NCBI GenBank assembly: GCA_041651115.1
Contig: JBAZJY010000001.1
Coordinates: 261,165-325,164 of the forward strand
DNA length: 64,000 nt
Direction: 5' to 3'
Source of the DNA: Candidatus Omnitrophota bacterium
GTDB lineage: Bacteria > Omnitrophota > Gorgyraeia > Gygaellales > Profunditerraquicolaceae
Under the pieces are notes generated by a model, which saw only the letters and a program-made list of their open reading frames with translations, had not been told where the DNA came from and did no database searches. This document shows positions 42,801 to 50,232 of the stretch, one piece after another; within the stretch, counting starts at the first letter, position 1; each line of letters begins with the position of its first letter. The translations under genes were made by a program, and so were the position numbers.

Positions 42801-44262
42801 GGGTCATTATCATAAGCCTATAGAGATGCCGGAGATCTATCAGGTAGTCAGTGGTGATGTGCTTTGGTTGATGCAAAAACTTGATAAAAACGGAAACGTG
42901 GAAGACTTTGTTACTGTTAGGGCCAAGGCAGGGGATATTGCGATCATGCTTCCCGGTTACGGCCATGTGAGCGTAAATCTTTCAGAAACTGCGCCGTTAG
43001 TCTTGGCGAACTGGTTGACTTGGAATCAAAGCTCTGAGTATGGATCGTTTAAAGATAAGGGCGGAGCTGCTTATTATGTGGTTAAAAATGGCGATGGCCA
43101 GCCGGAATTAAGGCCGAATCCCAAATATGTTGTAGCGCAGGGAACGCTTCCAGAACCGCGCCAGATGGTTGCTAAGGACGGCATTGAAGTATTTGGATTG
43201 AAGAGGGGCGAGCCAATTTATAATCTGGTAAAATTAGACGCGGAAGATTTTGCCAATAAGATTGATCACTTGAATAATCCAGCCAATTATGATAAAGAGC
43301 TGACTGTTGAGGCGACTTTAGATAAAGCTAACCCAGGGGATCGGATTACCTCCAGCTCACCGGTGAAAGACATCAAGTTTGAAGGTAAGAATGCCTTTAT
43401 ATCCGGAGAAGACATTGCTGCTTTAAAAGAAGGCAGGAAACATATTGAAGTAGGCATAAATGGCCAGCAGCTCATTACCATCACGGGCATTGCTTCATTG
43501 AAGCCGCAGGTTATTGCCGCGCAAACTGCTGATTATGAGATCCGGCAGAGGGCTACCACTGATAGCCACGAAGCAGTCCTGTTTAATTTTAAGAAAAAAC
43601 AGGGCGACGACGGAAATTACCATGCCGTCAAGGTGGCGTATCAGGCAATACAGGGCGGGCAGCTGGTTATTTCTTTCTGGGAATTAGGCAGGAATAACCA
43701 GTATTACGGACGTATTGTCAGCGCCTCCAGCCCGGTAAGAAAAAGTAAAGATGAGCTAGAAGAGTATGAAGTATCCAAGGGACGGACAGATGATGACGCT
43801 GGGTCTGAAATAGAGCCGGAAGAAGTGACGGATGACGCAGACCTATATCCTAATATGCCTGGCGAGGATAAGGATTCGGATGAAGATTCCTCTAGTCCTT
43901 TAGACAAAAAAGGCGGTATTGACTTCCGCTCGCTGCCTCTAACCATCCAGCCAGCAGGAAGCTTTAAGGAGCTGACGTTTTCACTGCCTCCTGCTAAACA
44001 GCTCGCCAGCATCAATATCTCAAAGGAATTAGTTGAGATCAAGAATATGGTTGATAAAGGAATCGCTCCTTCAGGTGAGAGAGTAAAGGACCTGGTTGCA
44101 GCCTGTTATCAGAAGAATGAGCTGGCCAGTCATCAGGAAGAGCTGATCTCATGTCTTATGCGCATATGTAAGCTTCAGGAAGACCTAGTCCTTCCGGTTG
44201 ATAATAGCCTAAAAGAAGCAATTGTAATTGTTGATTCACTAAATATAGCGTATGCACATTAA
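36886..44262 (+). CDS. Giant modular protein 1 (2458 aa). It comprises a signal peptide and a shared N-domain, a transaldolase-like module, an alpha-D-phosphohexomutase module, a cupin-type phosphoglucose isomerase module and a shared C-terminal domain.
   Basis: The RBS is aaggagag. The N-terminal signal peptide reads LLLTFTFLFTQTGFAQVAA. The TAL module carries GVTTNPSLI, MVKVALTS, NVNVTLIF and ASTGSK. The PGM module carries YGTAGVRG, ISASHNVKPDNG, DPDADR, GAEESGT and RPSGTGPQLRFY. The cPGI cupin module carries TVGHYHKPIEMPE and PGYGHVSVN. The modules are separated by SSP[VL] motifs. Confidence 0.8.
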   Translation: MAIKSPSLRKLVSLLLTFTFLFTQTGFAQVAAVELNIGSHLGILGSKLSSPDKLRLPHLRYFSYDNQNNNIQLLLDKGDLKDLKDQALEDSGKELLKYFLIGVTLPDEHFWVNLRPDSEENIIPELLAKTDIGKIFLEADVQLKKDTASLTSPNSPQGKLYWDKLYKKAAQIYGTQNVTIPTLTRPWIVPNEIIIRESKESAYIYKATLKVMLEQDHLKGSVNYNFEDSRAKELNEYSSELIRELILPELTKEVNNAKRYSQLRQVYYSLILARWFKARFYGKGGLYASYINKANLEGLTSNQSWSKDTYFKAYQSSFKDGEYNLQATVNTISGPSIRSYFSGGMEFGPNMNIVTQNRSSVPMIAGFQGKLSSPMLINVGMNNGMSLLVGAPTIKNPIMLMQGVGSSPVDEEPKIPNINPEDGRIPDPEPTENENPGDEPEINYNDHSYDDQEAPEKDEEVGSSPLTTEEIKNNAKAALEKLVKDNKDSQLIREVSGIVLNDRARNITSRIFKKISPNTASSYDKKMKILHLLETVRRSPVHSDLKAGCAEAAYYIKERDDLEFLKWRGNTEVFGPEHRIIAKMAVLFKTRKDDERSKIAQEIIDLDNSTHYESYQVDSMAKFKTLFYSVQYLFSEDFAAASSPFKVEPVSSLKVYSDINQRIWLDGLTFEMLLSGEFEKLVREHGINGVTTNPSLIKAYFSDQRVIDKARKLASEGLGKKEIYYQLVSELARTALEIFKKAGVANAKFSVELDPTVNNSSVEEAVVEAMQWTDIDPAHMMVKVALTSDANGVDTETGYKIIEEVISRGRNVNVTLIFTPEHYKKVVQAYINGLKRALLNVKAGKLSKEEFNRIYSVASFFISRWDVYFEENKLLADGVHGKAANSIAIEAYNEIFKFFFSDENPEWKQLKDDAASIGCEVRPQEFLLASTGSKGPDMLKKGVIDEKTAAEYPAGIYVHPLQGSYVVNTLPYGTIKHLIEKGVAKNEDGSIAQTIESGYIASQDVMDWLRDASSITDVGAILLKNATTAFLKDFADIQNTLEGLVSGKTSSPVNELQRADVNRMVDDLLGMYKAKDEVVRIEKLEGIIRPAAKAIEEYLYGQFADQKIAANIYEKGMKNIIPNLAKWYTDPYIQESTVLGIEDAVKEGYWKFIAQAYMAKIAYGTAGVRGKFAFGKYFQLVAEAAKQGKGLRVPNLKGPNTFNDEIVRQFTLGVLKFLENQNSDLPKSGLKLFTAYDSRVAGKEFAQIIRDIGLAYGVQVYISDEAMPLPEFSNSLKELSGGKAAIGIYISASHNVKPDNGVKLIGADGMQLGANDVLRKAVMKEFDSATLKEVAELLKNLPSEIPAEQLTFIGGKEEEKLPGVEYGDHKLIDTHTMHFNAVLKHVKDQEAVKKYAKDINILYCAFHGAGRRAAPRVLGALGFNVEKIEKMDALDGTLPEFADAEPPDPALVASWKKALQAYLSEHRREDLLKKDLFSSNDPDADRYGGVIRVSAAEIPEDEAVAEAMGIAFKLTEEEQAKYGYGGFRVLPPNEWNALIAFYDLKRLKDQGKLDPNKHVLVFSHVTSYLMKKIADYFGIAVVIKPVGVDQLADEIVKLEKQGKIAVNGAEESGTYMTSDHIRDKDGFLAGVRLAEIACAARAQGKTINDLLNEIYLIPEIGFFATTNFPIEYEVSVPGTAAKMAAVKFLQKDVKPLVEERIRKGDNPVIAGYKIHDVDEQTEFRSGKYDEPLEYQGYPDAGIRFYFNPEKTGFITDRPSGTGPQLRFYAHLFYLTEGLDLAGLNTLKKNAYAECLKVTKEWMRITQSNDIKALVSSPVVNSRQIAKVLSEMKKNSGLPISIAPSLTATTWSGALHAINFSRPVFRRVERESLNEERFTGKTAFTSAASDTDVKGLTTYDVIAGEFKSVRTGEQVRGFITDQTAALPEYTYFMHRGIFASREDIQKAFYDNKIRFDITVIPPGIWGIDYAKTVGHYHKPIEMPEIYQVVSGDVLWLMQKLDKNGNVEDFVTVRAKAGDIAIMLPGYGHVSVNLSETAPLVLANWLTWNQSSEYGSFKDKGGAAYYVVKNGDGQPELRPNPKYVVAQGTLPEPRQMVAKDGIEVFGLKRGEPIYNLVKLDAEDFANKIDHLNNPANYDKELTVEATLDKANPGDRITSSSPVKDIKFEGKNAFISGEDIAALKEGRKHIEVGINGQQLITITGIASLKPQVIAAQTADYEIRQRATTDSHEAVLFNFKKKQGDDGNYHAVKVAYQAIQGGQLVISFWELGRNNQYYGRIVSASSPVRKSKDELEEYEVSKGRTDDDAGSEIEPEEVTDDADLYPNMPGEDKDSDEDSSSPLDKKGGIDFRSLPLTIQPAGSFKELTFSLPPAKQLASINISKELVEIKNMVDKGIAPSGERVKDLVAACYQKNELASHQEELISCLMRICKLQEDLVLPVDNSLKEAIVIVDSLNIAYAH
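36928..38112 (+). repeat. 1.2-kb direct repeat, copy 1 (5' coding region of giant gene 1).
   Basis: This tract is near-identical to 44321-45505. About 900 nt are perfectly identical, then mismatches become increasingly frequent, with no indels. Confidence 0.85.
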
Positions 44263-47200
44263 TCCTCAAAAAAGGGGACGTTTCCGGGAAACGTCCCCTT
44301 TTTCAAGATTTATTTCCCTGCTTCTTACCTTCACCTTTCTCTTTACCCAAACCGGCTTTGCCCAGGTAGCAGCTGTTGAGCTTAACATCGGCTCGCACTT
44401 AGGAATCCTTGGCTCAAAGCTTTCTTCACCGGACAAGCTCCGCCTACCGCATTTAAGGTATTTCTCCTACGATAACCAAAATAACAATATCCAGCTTCTT
44501 TTAGATAAGGGAGACTTAAAGGACCTAAAAGACCAAGCCCTAGAGGATTCAGGAAAAGAGCTCCTAAAGTACTTCCTTATAGGCGTAACTCTTCCTGATG
44601 AGCACTTCTGGGTAAACCTTCGGCCTGATTCAGAAGAAAACATCATCCCTGAACTCTTAGCCAAGACTGATATCGGTAAAATCTTTCTTGAAGCAGATGT
44701 CCAGCTTAAAAAAGATACCGCAAGCCTAACCTCACCTAACAGCCCCCAGGGAAAGCTTTACTGGGACAAGCTCTATAAAAAAGCAGCCCAAATCTACGGC
44801 ACCCAGAATGTCACTATCCCCACCTTAACCCGTCCTTGGATTGTGCCAAATGAGATCATTATTCGCGAGTCAAAGGAAAGCGCTTACATCTACAAGGCTA
44901 CATTAAAGGTAATGTTAGAGCAGGACCACCTTAAAGGCTCGGTTAACTATAACTTTGAAGACTCCCGCGCCAAAGAACTCAATGAATATTCATCAGAGCT
45001 TATTAGAGAACTCATCCTTCCTGAATTAACCAAGGAAGTAAACAATGCCAAACGCTATTCCCAGCTAAGACAGGTCTACTACTCTTTAATACTCGCACGC
45101 TGGTTTAAGGCCAGGTTCTACGGTAAAGGAGGCCTTTATGCTTCCTACATTAATAAAGCTAACCTAGAAGGCTTAACTTCTAACCAAAGCTGGTCAAAAG
45201 ACACTTATTTTAAAGCTTACCAGTCTTCTTTTAAAGACGGCGAATATAATCTCCAGGCTACAGTAAACACCATCTCCGGCCCATCAATTAGAAGCTATTT
45301 CTCAGGCGGCATGGAATTCGGCCCTAATATGAACATCGTTACTCAAAACAGAAGCTCTATCCCCATGATTGCCGGCTTCCAAGGCAAGCTCTCAAGTCCT
45401 ATGCTGATGAAGATTGGCAATGAGAACGGCATGGTGAGCCTTATGGGCGCGCCGACGATTAAGAATCCGATAATGCTGATGCAGGGAGTGGGGTCAAGCC
45501 CGGTAAAAGAGATTGATCTTGAAAATGGCAGCTTCCCGATTATGTTTGACAATGGCAACATAATAATTGAAAGAAACAATGAAAATAATTTTACCCGGGT
45601 AAAGCTTCAAAATAAAAAAGGCGATATTTTTATGTTTTCTCTAGAGGATAAGATTTATTTCTTACCTGACGAGAAGATCGTTTCGGTAAAAGATGATGAA
45701 CCGGTATTTGATGTTCAGGTGCGGCTTAATGTTGAGATCAACGGCCGCGCAGTAAAGAGTATTAATTTTGATCGGGATATTACAAGGCCATACGAGCTTA
45801 GTATAAGTAACGATGAAGCCGGTAAAAAATTAACCGTGGCGTTAGACTCCAGGGTTTATGAACAGCTATTCAATACTGACGAGACTAAGAGGTTCCTTAT
45901 AAGCGAAGCAACAGCCACCAAAGGCGGGTATAAGCTGATCATAAAGGAAATGAACTCTAGCCCGGTTACGGTAGATTCGGGAAAAATATCCCGGGTGCTT
46001 GATGATGAACTTGTAAAAAACCTGTTAACTTGGCAGGGAAGAAACGGTAATCCTGCTATATGGTATATTGGCATTGAAGATTACAGTGAGACGCATCCCT
46101 TTACAGTTTCTGAAGCAGCCAGGAACAAGGTTAAGTTAGTAGATTATGCCTATAAGACGGTAGTGGATGCGGCCGAGCGATATCAACTTAATCCCCAGGA
46201 GAAAGTTAATTTGATCAACATTCTGGCTAAGCAGCTCAATTTTGCAGGAGCGGAAATCCAGGATAATCACGCAATCGTTTCCAAATACGATTATTATGAC
46301 CGTCTAAGGAATATAGCCGCTCAGGTAGATTCCAATGAACTAAAAACCTGGCTTCTGAACTCTGCTCTTCAGAACTCCGATCTGTCAAGAGGGGTTAATT
46401 ACTTTTCCGCGGCCGTAGATAATTTTGAGGACGATGTAGCGTGGGCCGGCAGTTATTTTAACCTTTACAGTAAAATCCCCAACAGCAAAGCATTTAAATA
46501 TACGCTGGCCATGCTATTGCTTAGTAAAAATCCGGCGCATCATGATGGCGCGATGTGGATCATAAATGAGAAACTCGGTGGTTACGATATCGGGAATCAA
46601 GATGGAGCGTGGCAGTTCTATAGGGAAGCAGTAATAGATGCATTGGGGAAAAAAGACGGGGACATAGCTGCTGAATATGCCGATCTTTTTGTAAAAAACG
46701 CGGCGAGAAAAATTGGTATATTAGCCGTCTCCAGTCCGCTGGCAAAAGATAGTAAGGAAGTTTTACAGAAAATTATGCAAAGCACCGATCCTCTCTGGAG
46801 CTATCCGTTGGATGCCTTAGAGTACCACTTAAAAAATAATCCCTCGCTTCTGCCTGTAGAAGATTATGCGCAGAATGCTAAAGGCGTAGAGGACTTCGTC
46901 GTTACGTTGGCAAAGAAAGCCAGAGAGTTACGCGATAAAGACAGCGTAGAAGGCCCGGCTTTAGGCGGCAGCTATCCCTATTATGGCATAATCTTTAACG
47001 TAGTGAGGTTGAGCTTAGATAAAATAGAAGTTTCCTCCGGATACAAGAAAGCAATACTTAATCTGTTTTCTGATATAGCCGGCTATGAAGACGTTAAAGA
47101 TAGTATCGGCGAAAATCTATCAGAGATGCTCAAGGCTTTAATTATAAAAGGCATTCTTAGTTCCGGAGAGATTATTGAGATCGCGCAAATGTTTTCGTTG

Positions 47201-50089
47201 ACCCCGAATACCCCCGAAGAGTATTCTGCGGGAATGATTGAAATAGCTATCCAGCATAAGCGTATTAACGCAGATGCTTATCTTGATTATGCCTTGCCGC
47301 TTATTGTAGGGGCAATAGAGAGAAGCCAGTTACCCGAATTCCATTTTAGTATTCTTGAGCCTAGGCATGTTTTAGAGATTGCCAAAGCCATTTGGCAAAA
47401 TGAACGGTTAAGCCTTAATGACAAAGGGTATCCGGATGCGCAGGAAGTGGATGAGTTTATTAAACAGGCAGATGAAAATATCTCCGCGATGCGCAAGAAT
47501 AAAGCATTATTTGACGGGCTATATCAGGACATACAAGCCGCAAAGCTTAAGTCACAAACCGAAACCGGCCTTGAAAGCTCTCCGATTAATGTTAGCGGTT
47601 TTGGAATACCGGAAGCAGCGGGAAATCGTATCAAAGCCGTAGCCGTACCGTCTGACAAAATCAACCATGACTTTTATACCCAGCTGAACAAAAAAGGCTA
47701 TGCCGTGGTTTTTTCCGATACGGAAGAGAATTTCGGCGCTTTTCTGCAGTCATTTGGCAAATATCAGATTCTTATCGGCAATGATAACCCCTTATTCATT
47801 AAACAAATGAGCGGGATGGGGGTAGTTTTAGAAGGCGATAAAGAAGAAAATAGCCGGAGGATAACGGATGCTTTAAAAAAATTCAATCCTCTGCCGCTGG
47901 AGGTAAAAAGATACGCAGGGCAGTTAGCAGATACCCTTGTGGGATCCGAACTGCGCGGTTATATTGACGGTTTGGATAAAGCCCTCTTGCGCGAGAAACT
48001 TATTCAGTTGTTTTCAAGCGAAAGGCCTATGGAGAGATTTGAGCGGGTAGTAGAATATAGGGATGCCGCTTATAAAGTAGAGATACACTGGAAAGATATC
48101 CTCTTGGGAGATTATGTCATATCTTTTAGGGTAAGCAATGCGAATGACAACAGCACGGTCAGCCTGATCTCTGTCCATTCATTTGACAGGAATGCTCCTG
48201 TCAACCGGACATTCCGGCTATTAGACCAGGCTAATGGTTTTGCTCCGCTGGCCTCCAGCCCGGTCAACGTAGGGGAAAAGGTAGCGGAATTCAAGCGGCT
48301 TATTCCTAGTGTAGAAAATTCGCAGATCAAGGTGATTGTAATGCCGTATACTGAGAATAGTTTTCTGCCTGCTTATTTTATGCTGGCGCTCATGTATAAG
48401 ATACCCGAAGGGTCATATTTAAATGATGCGTACAAAGAGGGCAAGGCTTACCGTTTTTATACTACCGGCGTAGATAAGGTTAGAGAACATACCGCAGCCA
48501 TGCTTTTGGGTAAGGCCAATGAGCTTGGCCCGCAGAACTGCCTGTTTATCAGCGCTGATCCGCAGAAGATAGAAGAAGCCCTTAAGTATGGCTGGAAGAC
48601 TGTATTATTGGGCAAAAACGCAGAAGACAATGCCCTGGCAGTAGCGGATATTTTAAATGGTAATGGGGCTATTGTCAGCTCGCCGGTGCAGGGGGAATTA
48701 GGCCAATTATTAATCAGGGACCTGTTGGGTTTAGATGAAACCCCGTCACCGGAAACAGCGCTTAAGTTATTACAGGAGAAGCTCGCATTCTATCAGAAAA
48801 AAGGCTTGTTTTATCGGTCAGGCGAATTTTATGTCCTTGAGGGATACATGGACGATGGGACAGCTTATAATGACTGGGTTGAAAATCCGATCCAGGCTTT
48901 GGTTCTAGCTATGCGTTTCAATAAGGAAAAGTATAAATTGGATCCGGCGACTAAGAAACTTTTGTTGGAGCAAATAGAGGGTTACCGGGAGGGTAAGTAT
49001 TATGTTTTTGAGGGAGGCGGTTTCTCTTTTTCCGTGGAAGATCCCGTAGAAGCTTATGGTATGGCCTTAGAGGATCAAGGATTAGGCAGCGGTATCGGAC
49101 AAAGCTCGCCGTTAGAGGGAGCACGCACGGTTAATGAACTGGGTGAGGCATTGGATGCATATATTGACAGCGGCTATTTTTTTGCTGACGGCTGGAACGA
49201 GCTTTTAAGCTACAGGGATAAGGCGGTCATCAGACGCTTGGGAGAACTGCTTAAAGCTAATGATGCCATGGTCACGGTAATAAGACAATTCATCAAGTCG
49301 CAGTCCAATACGCTTATTCCTTTCGGGATGGATTCGGATAAAGTGTATGAATATATGGAGAATGGGATATTTTCTTTTACGGAGGTCAGCTCTCCGGTGC
49401 AGGCGATAGATGTAATAATACATCCTGCCGAGGGTATAGATGATAAAATTATAAGAATATTAGAATCTCCCAAAACAAAAGAGTTGGTCATGCAAGTAGC
49501 TAAAGAGGCCGTTAATAAGGTAGTTGGTGCTGGTTTCTTGGGAGAGATTGACGGTCAAAAGTTAACCTATCGTTTTCAGGTAGAAAGAGACAAGGATAAC
49601 GTACCTGTAGATATTTCCTTTGACATACGCAATCTTCCTCTTACCCTAGATACTTTTGAACTCCCTAAGTATGATGTCTATGGCCATGCTGAAATAATCC
49701 TTGAAAGGCAATCCCAAAGCTCACCTGTAAATACCGAAGACGCTCATAAGAAAGGCGGTATCGACTTCCGCTCGCTGCCTCTAACCATCCAGCCTGTAGG
49801 AAGCTTTAAGGAATTGCAGTTTTCACTTCCCCCGGCTGAATCTTTAGCTCAAATCAACATCTCAAAGGAATTGGTTGAGATTAAGAGCATGGTAGATAAA
49901 GGAATCGTTCCTTCAGGTGAGAGAGTCAAGGACTTAGTTGCTGCCTGCTACCACAAACAGGAACTATCCAGCCATCAGGAAGAGCTGATGTCTTGCCTGA
50001 TGCGCATCTGCAAGCTTGAAGAAGATATGGTTATGCCTGCTAACGCCAGCCTTAAAGAAGCGATCGTGATTGTGGATAGTATAAAGTAA
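44252..50089 (+). CDS. Giant modular protein 2 (1945 aa). It shares the N-domain and C-terminal domain with protein 1, but its core consists of eight different modules of unknown function.
   Basis: The ATG at 44252 overlaps the end of gene 1 (ATGCACATTAA). Translation would read through the terminator hairpin before entering the shared signal-peptide region. The core modules are again delimited by SSP[VLI] motifs. Confidence 0.7.
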   Translation: MHINPQKRGRFRETSPFSRFISLLLTFTFLFTQTGFAQVAAVELNIGSHLGILGSKLSSPDKLRLPHLRYFSYDNQNNNIQLLLDKGDLKDLKDQALEDSGKELLKYFLIGVTLPDEHFWVNLRPDSEENIIPELLAKTDIGKIFLEADVQLKKDTASLTSPNSPQGKLYWDKLYKKAAQIYGTQNVTIPTLTRPWIVPNEIIIRESKESAYIYKATLKVMLEQDHLKGSVNYNFEDSRAKELNEYSSELIRELILPELTKEVNNAKRYSQLRQVYYSLILARWFKARFYGKGGLYASYINKANLEGLTSNQSWSKDTYFKAYQSSFKDGEYNLQATVNTISGPSIRSYFSGGMEFGPNMNIVTQNRSSIPMIAGFQGKLSSPMLMKIGNENGMVSLMGAPTIKNPIMLMQGVGSSPVKEIDLENGSFPIMFDNGNIIIERNNENNFTRVKLQNKKGDIFMFSLEDKIYFLPDEKIVSVKDDEPVFDVQVRLNVEINGRAVKSINFDRDITRPYELSISNDEAGKKLTVALDSRVYEQLFNTDETKRFLISEATATKGGYKLIIKEMNSSPVTVDSGKISRVLDDELVKNLLTWQGRNGNPAIWYIGIEDYSETHPFTVSEAARNKVKLVDYAYKTVVDAAERYQLNPQEKVNLINILAKQLNFAGAEIQDNHAIVSKYDYYDRLRNIAAQVDSNELKTWLLNSALQNSDLSRGVNYFSAAVDNFEDDVAWAGSYFNLYSKIPNSKAFKYTLAMLLLSKNPAHHDGAMWIINEKLGGYDIGNQDGAWQFYREAVIDALGKKDGDIAAEYADLFVKNAARKIGILAVSSPLAKDSKEVLQKIMQSTDPLWSYPLDALEYHLKNNPSLLPVEDYAQNAKGVEDFVVTLAKKARELRDKDSVEGPALGGSYPYYGIIFNVVRLSLDKIEVSSGYKKAILNLFSDIAGYEDVKDSIGENLSEMLKALIIKGILSSGEIIEIAQMFSLTPNTPEEYSAGMIEIAIQHKRINADAYLDYALPLIVGAIERSQLPEFHFSILEPRHVLEIAKAIWQNERLSLNDKGYPDAQEVDEFIKQADENISAMRKNKALFDGLYQDIQAAKLKSQTETGLESSPINVSGFGIPEAAGNRIKAVAVPSDKINHDFYTQLNKKGYAVVFSDTEENFGAFLQSFGKYQILIGNDNPLFIKQMSGMGVVLEGDKEENSRRITDALKKFNPLPLEVKRYAGQLADTLVGSELRGYIDGLDKALLREKLIQLFSSERPMERFERVVEYRDAAYKVEIHWKDILLGDYVISFRVSNANDNSTVSLISVHSFDRNAPVNRTFRLLDQANGFAPLASSPVNVGEKVAEFKRLIPSVENSQIKVIVMPYTENSFLPAYFMLALMYKIPEGSYLNDAYKEGKAYRFYTTGVDKVREHTAAMLLGKANELGPQNCLFISADPQKIEEALKYGWKTVLLGKNAEDNALAVADILNGNGAIVSSPVQGELGQLLIRDLLGLDETPSPETALKLLQEKLAFYQKKGLFYRSGEFYVLEGYMDDGTAYNDWVENPIQALVLAMRFNKEKYKLDPATKKLLLEQIEGYREGKYYVFEGGGFSFSVEDPVEAYGMALEDQGLGSGIGQSSPLEGARTVNELGEALDAYIDSGYFFADGWNELLSYRDKAVIRRLGELLKANDAMVTVIRQFIKSQSNTLIPFGMDSDKVYEYMENGIFSFTEVSSPVQAIDVIIHPAEGIDDKIIRILESPKTKELVMQVAKEAVNKVVGAGFLGEIDGQKLTYRFQVERDKDNVPVDISFDIRNLPLTLDTFELPKYDVYGHAEIILERQSQSSPVNTEDAHKKGGIDFRSLPLTIQPVGSFKELQFSLPPAESLAQINISKELVEIKSMVDKGIVPSGERVKDLVAACYHKQELSSHQEELMSCLMRICKLEEDMVMPANASLKEAIVIVDSIK
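44274..44303 (+). terminator. Rho-independent terminator/attenuator between the giant genes, lying inside the 5' coding region of gene 2.
   Basis: A perfect 11-bp stem ggggacgtttcc-ggg-aaacgtcccc is followed by ttttt. Confidence 0.6.
44321..45505 (+). repeat. 1.2-kb direct repeat, copy 2 (5' coding region of giant gene 2).
   Basis: It matches copy 1 at a constant offset of 7393 nt. Confidence 0.85.
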
Positions 50090-50121
50090 AAGCCCGCCTT
50101 TTCCCTCGCCTACCTTTTTAC

Positions 50122-50150
50122 TTGACAAAACCCCGTAAGTGTTGTAAAAT
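50122..50150 (+). promoter_or_regulatory. Sigma70-type promoter upstream of the guaB-like/guaA pair.
   Basis: TTGACA and TAAAAT are separated by a 17-nt spacer. Confidence 0.45.
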
Positions 50151-50232
50151 TTGCTATTATCCTTACATGCAAAAAACAGTCTTTTCGCTATAACTCATTG
50201 ACTTATAATAAGATAAGGGAGGTAGAGCAGAA

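Noticed and set aside
44274-44303. Treating the hairpin after giant gene 1 as a full terminator that makes gene 2 a separate transcription unit.
   Set aside because: No start codon exists downstream of the hairpin before the homologous region. The only ATG is upstream of it, so attenuation with read-through is more consistent.
36886-50089. Possibility that the giant ORFs are assembly artefacts produced by a duplicated N-terminal block.
   Set aside because: The frame is continuous for 7.4 and 5.8 kb, both ORFs contain coherent enzyme domains, and the C-terminal domains are diverged (about 85% nt identity) and not identical. This argues for two real genes. A collapsed or expanded repeat cannot be excluded without reads.
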